A stretch of DNA of 64,000 nucleotides from Nitrosopumilaceae archaeon (lineage in GTDB: Archaea; Thermoproteota; Nitrososphaeria; Nitrososphaerales; Nitrosopumilaceae). Under the pieces are notes generated by a model. That model worked only from the letters and a program-made list of their open reading frames with translations, was not told where the DNA came from and did not search any database. Positions 28,900 through 37,079 of this stretch are shown here, one piece after another. Every line of letters starts with the position of its first letter. The stretch's first letter is position 1. The DNA is taken from assembly GCA_965203465.1 (NCBI GenBank), contig CBDBCR010000003.1:736001-800000 (forward strand), written 5' to 3'. The translations under genes were made by a program, and so were the position numbers.

Positions 28900-30189
28900 T
28901 TGGAACCTCAAGATCGCGCGTCGCCGGAGCGCAGACCGTCCACTATGTGCAGACGCTCCGAGATCATAAAGGAGTCTTATTCGGGTGCGCAGTACGCGCT
29001 AGAACAAGAATACCCTGATCATTTTGCGCATTTTGCCCAGTCTCTGAGGGAGGTGATAGATCAACTGGCCCTGCACAGTTCGGATCCGGGGCACGAGAAT
29101 CTGCAAGGCATGGAAAACCGAAGCTGCCTACTCAGAAAAACGTTCAGCAGGGACGGGGAAAGGTGGTCCATGGCCCATCTGTGCGACATGCTGGCAAGGA
29201 CGTACGGCCGCCTAAGCAGGGTGTCCCACCACAGCGAGGAAATATCCAAAGCCCAAGCGCGCAACACCCTGTCCAAAGTCGAACAGGCGCTGGATCTGCT
29301 GACCAGCATCCCACCCGCAATGGATCCCGAACTGGATGAAATGCTGGGAGGACCGCTGTCTCTGGATTCTGCGGCAAAGATCGCAGATCTGACCGCACGG
29401 CAGGCATTCCGGCCCTACATGATCGACAAGGTGCACGAGCGCTGGCTTCCGCGCCTGAAAAATGCCGGGTTCTTCGAAAACCCGCCGCCTCCAGAAGGCA
29501 GCCAGTCATGGGACTACGAGCGGTGGGCGCCGGCGATATACCTAGAAAAATGCGCAGAGATGCGCTACAAAGACGTCGCCGGCATCATTATGTCGTGCCC
29601 GTTCCCGGAGCTGCCAAACCCCGCAGTCTATACGGACTTTCTCAGGTGCGCGGCCGTCTGGTGCGCAAGGGCGAAAAGAACGGGCGCCGAGGCGCCCCTG
29701 GCAGGGCTTTCGGCCGACGGTTGGAACTATCTTGACGACGCGGAAAGGGTGGGCGTCAAGGCGCTCGAGGAGGGGTGGGATCGCTTCATGTGGCACGACT
29801 CGTTCCGGGCCAGCTATGTCGAAATTGCCGAAGAGCTCGCCTTGGGCAAAAGATACGACGTCGCCACCCGCATGCTGCGCCTAGCGCTGAAGCCCGGTCC
29901 GCCGGGCCCCCCGCCGGCGGACGGCCGCTTCGATCCCTCGTATACGTTCGTCTCTGACAGGTTCATGCGCAAAATGCCCGAAATGTACAAGGAAAGCCCG
30001 CCGTCTATGAGGAAACTGCTAGATGCCATCTTGCACGAATCGCCCACGGCGGACGGCCGGGGCGAAAAGACGGGTGGAGGCAGTTTTTACGACGGCGAAA
30101 AGATCGGCGCCTCAGAGGCGAACGAGGTGTTGTTCAAATGCATCAGGGACTGCATTGACAAATCCGGATCGGTTGGGGACGGCAAGTAG
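28900..30189 (+). CDS. Hypothetical protein: N-terminal HEPN-like helical domain plus alpha-solenoid (first part of a split large protein)
   Basis: FAQSLREVID..RLSRVSHH (R-x5-H) followed by WLPRLKNAGFFENPPPP..W.P..YL. Confidence 0.55.
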   Translation: MEPQDRASPERRPSTMCRRSEIIKESYSGAQYALEQEYPDHFAHFAQSLREVIDQLALHSSDPGHENLQGMENRSCLLRKTFSRDGERWSMAHLCDMLARTYGRLSRVSHHSEEISKAQARNTLSKVEQALDLLTSIPPAMDPELDEMLGGPLSLDSAAKIADLTARQAFRPYMIDKVHERWLPRLKNAGFFENPPPPEGSQSWDYERWAPAIYLEKCAEMRYKDVAGIIMSCPFPELPNPAVYTDFLRCAAVWCARAKRTGAEAPLAGLSADGWNYLDDAERVGVKALEEGWDRFMWHDSFRASYVEIAEELALGKRYDVATRMLRLALKPGPPGPPPADGRFDPSYTFVSDRFMRKMPEMYKESPPSMRKLLDAILHESPTADGRGEKTGGGSFYDGEKIGASEANEVLFKCIRDCIDKSGSVGDGK

Positions 30190-30473
30190 GCCAGTCGCGC
30201 ACGGCGGGGATCGCTGCGCGTACCGCAGGCCAGAGCTGCACGCGTACGCAGAGTTTTCTGACAGGTTCAGCGGGGGCCGGGTTGCCTGCCATGGCACTTT
30301 GGCCGCATGCGCACATGCCCGAAATACCCCATACTCGGAGACGCCGTCCGGCAGCGGAGCGGCGGATAACGGAGCGCATAGGCCATGAGCGCGATCTGGG
30401 CGTGGAACGCCGGAATCCGGGGCGCGGGCCCGACCCGAAACGCTAAAAAGCGCGAGAGTGTTTCCGCAGAGGG

Positions 30474-31910
30474 ATGGACGGACATCGCGGCGCGGTTCTG
30501 GCGGCCGGGGAGGATCCCGCCCTTTTGGGCGGCAGCAATGCCGACGAAGTCTTTGAAATCGCGCTAAAATACGACCCCACGTCCCAAGACGCGGCAGAGG
30601 CGTTGAGGGAGTGCGCTAGGAACAACCCGCTGGAATGCTCAAAGAGGGCGCCGGGCTTGGGCCGGGCCCACCCCCGCATGATAGACGGGCTGCTAGCGGG
30701 CCTGCGCGATGCCGTAGGCGGCAACGAACGCATGGAGTGGGACGGCGTGCTGTCCCTGGGCAACTCCATACTCGCGCGCTGGTCAAAGGACCGCGCCGGG
30801 CCGCAGCCTGCGGCCCCGGAGGGCAGGCTGCAGCTGCTGCCGCTCGTTTGGCTCTTGGAAGACGGATTCAAAAGAGACTCCGTGAGCTTTGGCCTGAAAG
30901 ACAAAGCGTGGGGCGTCTTGGAGCGCATGGTCGAGGCCGGCACCTTGGAAGGGGAACATGCATACGGGGCAGACGGGCTGCGCACGTCGCTCAACAACCT
31001 AAACGGCGCCTCGTTCCGCGCAGCCTACAGGTACGCCGCGTGGTGCAACATGCACGACGAGGGACTGGCGCTGGTGCCGGAGGCAAAGCTTGTCTTTGAC
31101 GGGTACGTGAACGGCGGCAGGCACACGGCTTCGCGGCACGCGGTCCTGGGGGAATTCCTGCCCGACTTTTACTACCTGGATCGGGGGTGGGCAAGCGGCC
31201 TGCCGTCGAGAATACGTTCGTCCGAAAAGGCAAGAGTGGCGTTCTGGGACGGGTACATTTCCGACAAGCACATGTACTCGTACGTGTTTGGGGATCTTTG
31301 GGAGTGGTACGACGAGTTTCTGAACGTGCGCGGCGCGCAGGATCCGGTTCCGGGCCGCCTGCGCGAGGCCACGGCGTGCCACGTCATGCTGGCGTATTTT
31401 TACGGCCTTGAACGGGCGGACCGGATCGTGGAGAAGTTCCTGAAAGGAGGTCCGGTGGCCGCGCGGCTCTGCGCGGAGCAGACAGCCCGCATCCTGCCGG
31501 ACAAGCGCGACGATCCCAACTTCGACAAGGCGAAGCTGGCCAAACTGTGGAGGCATCCAGCCCTGAAAGGCTGCAATCTGGACAGGTGGTTCGCAAACAC
31601 CCCGCTGGACGACGAGGAATCCATAACGCTGTACCGCGACCACGCAAGGCAGTACCGGGGCAAGATCGGCTCCGCGCGCAGCCCGGTGTACAAACTGGCC
31701 GAATACGCGGCCGATTTCCCACTGCAGGTCGCCGAGTGCCTCGAGGCACTCGCCCCCAGATGCGGCTGCACCGAGCAGAAGCACGCGCTCGAGATCCTAG
31801 AGTCGCTGTCCGAGTCCGATGATCCCCGGGTCCGGGACGCGTGCGGGCTGGCGAAGCAGGCGGTAAACGACGGGGTCGATCCGCCCCCGGGCGCCGGGCG
31901 CGCCACGTAG
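30474..31910 (+). CDS. Hypothetical alpha-helical repeat protein (probably second part of the split protein)
   Basis: Same strand, Trp-rich helical repeats (SLNNLNG, AVLGEFLPDFYYLDRGWA). Confidence 0.55.
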   Translation: MDGHRGAVLAAGEDPALLGGSNADEVFEIALKYDPTSQDAAEALRECARNNPLECSKRAPGLGRAHPRMIDGLLAGLRDAVGGNERMEWDGVLSLGNSILARWSKDRAGPQPAAPEGRLQLLPLVWLLEDGFKRDSVSFGLKDKAWGVLERMVEAGTLEGEHAYGADGLRTSLNNLNGASFRAAYRYAAWCNMHDEGLALVPEAKLVFDGYVNGGRHTASRHAVLGEFLPDFYYLDRGWASGLPSRIRSSEKARVAFWDGYISDKHMYSYVFGDLWEWYDEFLNVRGAQDPVPGRLREATACHVMLAYFYGLERADRIVEKFLKGGPVAARLCAEQTARILPDKRDDPNFDKAKLAKLWRHPALKGCNLDRWFANTPLDDEESITLYRDHARQYRGKIGSARSPVYKLAEYAADFPLQVAECLEALAPRCGCTEQKHALEILESLSESDDPRVRDACGLAKQAVNDGVDPPPGAGRAT

Positions 31911-31982
31911 TCGGGGGCCCGGCTCTCCGGTCTTCGGCCGCCGGCTGCGCGCCAGAGCGCGGACCCGGCGAGGAAACCGCGC

Positions 31983-32169
31983 TACCTCGAGTCGCGGCCT
32001 TCCCGCACCGCCCTTACGACGTCCTCTTTGCTTATTTTCGGTCCCAGCGTGTTGCGGATCCATTCCAGATCGGACTCCAGCTTTCCGGTCTTGCCTTCGT
32101 CAAGCGCGCGCTCCCTGGCGCGCTCGCGCGTCCGCAGTTCGTAAAGGAAGTTGACGCGGTTTTTGAGTA
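31983..32169 (-). pseudogene. 3' fragment of a paralogue of the antitoxin gene at 13399-13893
   Basis: Highly similar DNA to 13399-13586; ends at the TA of the IS630 end. Confidence 0.85.
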
Positions 32170-33318
32170 TAGTATCTTAGATTGACATTCGGTAGTTTTT
32201 TGGCACGAATGATCAGACCGTAAGATAGTCATGCATCTTTACGATTTTGATGCGACCGGATCTTAGAGCTTTCAATACTTCCCTTTTCAGCTGCCCGATG
32301 TCGTCAAAAAACTGGTTGGCGATGTAGCGCTTGACCTCCCTCCACTGGGCTTCGATCGGCACAAGCTCTGGGGTGTACTTGGGCAGGAACCGCACGACGA
32401 TGCCGCCGTCGGTTTTCTCGTACAGCCTCTTGAACACGGCCTCGCTGTGGTACGAGGCGTTGTCCGTGTAGACAAGCAGCTTGCCCATCTTTTTGTACGC
32501 CCTTGTGAGGAACGCCTCGACGTTCTCTGCATTGCCCGTGTCGCAGAACTCGAAGTAGCTCTGGCCTCCGGCCCCTACGACTCCGAGCAGGGTGGCCCGG
32601 CCTTTCCGCCTGCTCGTGATGTCGACCCTGACCTGTTCGGCGCGCTTGCCCTTCCTCCTTTTCTTGCGGTACCATCCTTTCCGGACTATGCTCTGCATGG
32701 ATACGTGCATTTCGTCAAAGGAAACGGCCAGATGCCCGCGCCCAGCGTAGATTGCTACGGTTCTGTGAGCTTTTTTTTGAAATCCTTGATTTCTGCCGGA
32801 GACGCCCCCCGTACGTCGCGGGGCGGGGCTTGATGTACACGAAGCCCAGCCGGTTCACCAGATCCCAGACGGAGTGGACATGGTACTCTACGCTGAACTT
32901 TTTCTTTATGTGCGTCCTGATCAGCGGTATCGTCCAAGCACCAGATCCGAGTCCGATCGCTGCGGGACCAGCTTCCAGATCCCGCTCGAGCGCCTTGATC
33001 TGGCGCTTGGTGAGCTTGCACGCTGCCCCTTTGTTCTTTATGTCGCATCTCTTGTTCAGGCCGTTCTTCTCGATGTTCCTTATCCAGTTGGTCACCGTGC
33101 TGCGCGGAATGTTCAAGCCCTTGGATATTTCCGCGATGGTCTTTCCCTGCTTCCTTTGTATGCATACCACCAGCCTGCTTTGTGCCTTTGGATCTTTTTC
33201 CTTCCGATGCATGTCGCACAGGCGGGCCATGTTCACTTTGGGAAGAAACCTCCTCGCCATGGGGCCCCCCCGGCGTGCCGCTATTTAGATCTTTACCCAA
33301 AGTCAATCTAAGATACTA
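32170..33318 (-). mobile_element. IS630-family insertion sequence
   Basis: Perfect 17-bp TIRs TAGTATCTTAGATTGAC, flanked by TA on both sides (32168-69 and 33319-20). Confidence 0.93.
32213..33260 (-). pseudogene. IS630 transposase (HTH orfA + DDE orfB) with an A8 -1 frameshift site and an extra inactivating 1-bp loss
   Basis: orfA WTIPLIR..KPRP; TTC-AAAAAAAA-G slippery site; orfB SFDE, DNASYH, FLPKYTPEL.PIE..W. Confidence 0.88.
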
Positions 33319-33429
33319 TACGACTCCCCGATCTTCGCGCGTGGCGGAGGCGATCGCCGCGGCGCCAAAGGCGGGGGCCCGCGCGGGTTCGGAATTTAAG
33401 GCCGGCAGCAATCCAGAGTCTGCGGGCGC

Positions 33430-33957
33430 TCACAATTTGCCGGGAAAAACGAACTTGTTCCACACGTACCTGAACGATCCGTTCTGCGACTTTGCGGTCT
33501 TTACGTCGAATTCCTTGAGCGTCTCCATCATAAAGTCGTATCTGGACTTGAATTTTTGAGGCTTCAATGCGTCAAACTCTTCCTTGGTTATGCCGTCCGT
33601 GCTTGACTTGTACCGGAAGCCCAGCTTCCGGGCGGCGGCGTTCCCTATGCCGGCCAGATACCAGCTTTCGATCTCGGTCCGGACGATGGCTATGCGGGAT
33701 TCGTCGGCGTTCGGGATCTTGCGTTTGAGTTTTTCCTTGCTCTTGCCAAAGCACGTATGGGGCAAGTCTGAATCTGCGAGCACGATGTAGGGGGAGCCGT
33801 TGCGGTTCAGGCCCTCTATGTACCGTTTGTTTGAATCCGGGCGTTGGGTCGCGTAAAAGTAGGGCTTTATTCGGTATTTTGAGAGTTTGGTACCGAACAC
33901 CTTCTTAAAAAACCGTGCATCGTCCCGGCCCTCCAACAGCACGTGCAACGTCTTCAT
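33430..33957 (-). CDS. TOPRIM-like partner protein (DUF4276/DUF4435-like), copy 1
   Basis: VLLEGRDD, LADSD, EIESWYLAG; directly follows the ATPase. Confidence 0.72.
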   Translation of the reverse strand: MKTLHVLLEGRDDARFFKKVFGTKLSKYRIKPYFYATQRPDSNKRYIEGLNRNGSPYIVLADSDLPHTCFGKSKEKLKRKIPNADESRIAIVRTEIESWYLAGIGNAAARKLGFRYKSSTDGITKEEFDALKPQKFKSRYDFMMETLKEFDVKTAKSQNGSFRYVWNKFVFPGKL

Positions 33958-35220
33958 CTAATCACCCAGCAGGCACTGCACATGCATCTCCCCTATGTCC
34001 ATCTCGCTTTCCAAGAACGACTGCACCTCGCTCTCCTCGGATGGGCGCGTGATGAGCGAAGAGCCCGAATCGCCCCTGCTTATCAGCAGGAGTCGGTCTA
34101 TTCCCGATTGCCTCACGATTTCGGGGCTGTGCGTTGTGATGATGATCTGTTTGCTGGACGATGCGTCCTTCATCATGTCCACCATACCCGAAAGCAATGC
34201 AGGGTGCACGCTCCTTTCTGGTTCTTCGATCACGGCGAGCTGCGCGTCTTCGAAATACAGCGCCACGACCAGCGCTACCGCGTTGGTAGTGCCGTCCGAT
34301 ACCAAAGCTGCCGGCAGATGCTTGCCTTTGGAATAACTCTCCTCCGTCATAAACACCAAGGACTTGTCCACCGTGCTTTTGACGCCAAGGGACTTTACGA
34401 ACGGGAGTATGTCGGATGTCAAGTTGTTGAATTGTCTTCTTTTTTCAGCGTTTGACAGTATATCCCTCAGCACTAGCGGAAGGTTGGAACCGTCGGTCTC
34501 CAGTCCGAGCCTGCCCCCTATGGCGGAGGGCCGTTTTGCTAGTTTTGGGGCAAAGTCGTAGATTTCAAGCTGGCTGAAGAAATAGCCTACCCACGGGAAC
34601 ATGATATCTACGACTATGTGCGATTCCAAAATGGACTTGTTCTTGGCGGTCTTTGATCCGTATCCGTACACTGTCCTGTATAGATTCAGTTGTTTTTTGG
34701 ACACGATGTCGATGGGAAAGTCGGGCTCGAAGAACAGCTTGCCGTTTTCCGACTTTATGTTCAGTATGCCGTCTATGCGCCCTTTCTTGTTGGTGCCGTC
34801 TATGCGCCCTTTCTTGTTGGTGCCGGTCATGTAAAAACGCCACGCGTCGGACAGGATCTTGAACCCCGACCTCTGGCCCATCTCTATTTCGAAACTCCAT
34901 TTTACGTGCGTGTTGTGGAGCACGTATTGTTGGTTGGACAGATTTCCGGGGAGCGGTATTTCCGGAAAGTCTATTTCCAGCTCGATCGACATGCGGTTGT
35001 CGCCGTTGAAATTCCGCACGTATTCGATCCCTCCCTGGATTGCCAGCGCGTCGGCCAGTCCCCCGCGCATGTCTTTGAGAAACTGAAAGATCTGCCCAAA
35101 GTTGGACTTGCCCGAAGCGTTAGAGCCCACTAGCACATTGAATTCTTTGAACTCAACGTCCAAATCTACAAAGCTCTTGAAATTGTGCACCTTCAGCCGC
35201 TTCATGAACGCCTCGCGCAT
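33958..35220 (-). CDS. ABC/AAA_21-type ATPase, copy 1
   Basis: HNFKSF, GSNASGKSN (Walker A), VSDGT signature, IEEPE (Walker B), ITTHSP. Confidence 0.92.
   Translation of the reverse strand: MREAFMKRLKVHNFKSFVDLDVEFKEFNVLVGSNASGKSNFGQIFQFLKDMRGGLADALAIQGGIEYVRNFNGDNRMSIELEIDFPEIPLPGNLSNQQYVLHNTHVKWSFEIEMGQRSGFKILSDAWRFYMTGTNKKGRIDGTNKKGRIDGILNIKSENGKLFFEPDFPIDIVSKKQLNLYRTVYGYGSKTAKNKSILESHIVVDIMFPWVGYFFSQLEIYDFAPKLAKRPSAIGGRLGLETDGSNLPLVLRDILSNAEKRRQFNNLTSDILPFVKSLGVKSTVDKSLVFMTEESYSKGKHLPAALVSDGTTNAVALVVALYFEDAQLAVIEEPERSVHPALLSGMVDMMKDASSSKQIIITTHSPEIVRQSGIDRLLLISRGDSGSSLITRPSEESEVQSFLESEMDIGEMHVQCLLGD
34767..34825. repeat. 27-bp in-frame tandem duplication in the ATPase
   Basis: Encodes GTNKKGRID twice. 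Confidence 0.92.
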
Positions 35221-35587
35221 GAGGTGCCGGCCCGTCACTACAATTAATATCTATACCGCGATCCCGGATTCCGGCAAATCCTGGTGAGCCGGGGCCCGGT
35301 GCGGAGGTACGGCCCCGTCGATCGGGCGTTTTCACGCCGGCTGCGGCCGGATCCGGCCCCGGGCCCCAAGCGCCCGAATCCGCAGCTCTCCGCGGGGGAG
35401 TTCGCCCCCACGGTTTAAGTGAGGCGCGCAGAAAAGGCCGGCAGTGAAGGTCAAAGTAAACGTCAACGTCCTCCCCTTCGGGCACTACAGGACGGAGGAG
35501 GCGCAGTCCGAATCGACCGTCGAGATTGCCCCGACCCCCATAATAAAAGACTACACGTCGGGTTCTGTGTAATCAGCGAGACCCGGC

Positions 35588-36709
35588 CTAGCCCGCGTGG
35601 AGCCGGTGCAGGGCCGCGTTCTGGATCAGCGTCTTCCAGCGATCGGGCCCGTCTATGTCTATCAAGGCCGCGTCCGAGGGCGTCCGGCCGCCCAAGCCGC
35701 CGTGCTTTTTGACGCAGTTGTAGTGGGCCTGGAACCCCGGTATCAGCGGCGTGTGGAACTTCTTGAGGCCCCGGAAATTCACCTCGCGCTCCCGCACCGT
35801 CCCGTTGAGCCGTTCCATCTTGTTGTTGTTCATCTCTTTCCGCAGGTGGATGTACCGCCAGTGCTGGGTATCGGGGCCGAACACCCTGATGCTCGACTTC
35901 ATGTAGTTGGGCAGCCCATCGGTGACGAAGTGGGCCGGCGCCTTACCCAGCTTCCGCTTGGTGGCCTCCAGCAGGTTGTCCGCGTCGTGCTGGAACTTGG
36001 TCTCGGCCATCTCGGCGGCCAGCCAGAACCGCGTGTCGTCCTCCATGGAGCCGAACAGGTACTTTAGTTCGCCGGCTATCTTGATCCAGACCTCGTCGGC
36101 CCGGGCCATGGCCCGGTCGGAGGTGCGCGGCACCACGTCGTGCAGGTATTCGGATACGGACTTTGAATACTCGGCTACCCAGTTGTATATGGTCTTGTGT
36201 GATATTTTGACGCCCTCGGTCTCGAACTCGTCCGCTATATCCCGGACGCTCATGCCCTTGTAATACGTCCGGACGGCCCGGGTTATCGTCTTGGGGCGAA
36301 AGTGCTTCTTTTCGAACCCCGGGTTGTCTGTAAACCTGCGGCCGCAGTCGCCGCACTTGAGCAACTGCACCGGGCCGGCCTTGGTCTTGCGCGTGCCCTT
36401 CTTGGCTACGTTGCCCGAGTCGCAGAACTTGCACACTTGGCGGCCGGCCCTTTCCATGATCCGGAACGGCGCCCGCTTGAAGAGTTGGTTGCGGCAAAGC
36501 GCCCGCAACACAACCTTGATGTGCTTGCAGTCGGCCCCGCGGGTCCGGTGATCCGGGCACTCGCAGACCAGCCCCGAGCCGGTGCGCTTCACCTCGTACC
36601 TCTTGTCCGGGTCCGTCTGCGAGCGGACGCTGAACGTGTCCGGATCTGACTGGCCGGCCGCGCCGGCCTGCTTGAGCATCTCGACTGCGCGGGCGGTGCG
36701 GGCGTTCAT
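35588..36709 (-). CDS. IS6-like DDE transposase with N-terminal SWIM finger and Zn ribbon, intact
   Basis: CECPD..CKH, CKFC..CGDC, HTH (ISHKTIYNW), ARADEVW, FVTDGLPNY, NNNKMERLNG. Confidence 0.93.
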   Translation of the reverse strand: MNARTARAVEMLKQAGAAGQSDPDTFSVRSQTDPDKRYEVKRTGSGLVCECPDHRTRGADCKHIKVVLRALCRNQLFKRAPFRIMERAGRQVCKFCDSGNVAKKGTRKTKAGPVQLLKCGDCGRRFTDNPGFEKKHFRPKTITRAVRTYYKGMSVRDIADEFETEGVKISHKTIYNWVAEYSKSVSEYLHDVVPRTSDRAMARADEVWIKIAGELKYLFGSMEDDTRFWLAAEMAETKFQHDADNLLEATKRKLGKAPAHFVTDGLPNYMKSSIRVFGPDTQHWRYIHLRKEMNNNKMERLNGTVREREVNFRGLKKFHTPLIPGFQAHYNCVKKHGGLGGRTPSDAALIDIDGPDRWKTLIQNAALHRLHAG

Positions 36710-36721
36710 GCCTGTAGTCTA

Positions 36722-36770
36722 AGGCTAGTCTATTAAAACCTTTAGGGCGACGTATAGACTATTATAGCCT
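36722..36770. promoter_or_regulatory. Divergent promoter with inverted-repeat operator candidate
   Basis: TAGTCTAT (36726-33) and ATAGACTA (36754-61) flank TATTAAAA; outer AGGCTA/TAGCCT. Confidence 0.45.
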
Positions 36771-36788
36771 GCTCTGGAGGAGGGCGGC

Positions 36789-37046
36789 ATGGACAAGACG
36801 TCGCTGGTACAGGTCAACAAGAGCGACTCGCTGCGCACGACGGTGCCCGCGAGCATCGTGAAACTGCTCGATCTGCGCCAGGGCGATCGTGTAGAGTGGG
36901 ACGTGCTGCCGGACGGAAACAGGTTCGCCGTAAAGATCGAATTCGTAAAACCAAAGGACGCGCGAACCAAAGGACGCGCGAACCAAAGGACGCGCGAACC
37001 AAAACCGGTCAGGGCGCCGCGTTCGTCACGGCCGCGGCAATTCTGA
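36789..37046 (+). CDS. AbrB/MazE/SpoVT-like DNA-binding protein
   Basis: SLRTTVPASIVKLLDLRQGDRVEW; GGAGG Shine-Dalgarno upstream. Confidence 0.88.
   Translation: MDKTSLVQVNKSDSLRTTVPASIVKLLDLRQGDRVEWDVLPDGNRFAVKIEFVKPKDARTKGRANQRTREPKPVRAPRSSRPRQF
36949..37003 (+). repeat. 16-bp tandem repeat (AACCAAAGGACGCGCG), 3 copies plus 7 bp, in the abrB 3' end
   Basis: Counted directly. Confidence 0.93.
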
Positions 37047-37079
37047 CCGGCAATTAATTCTTGGCCGGGGGCGGCGCTC

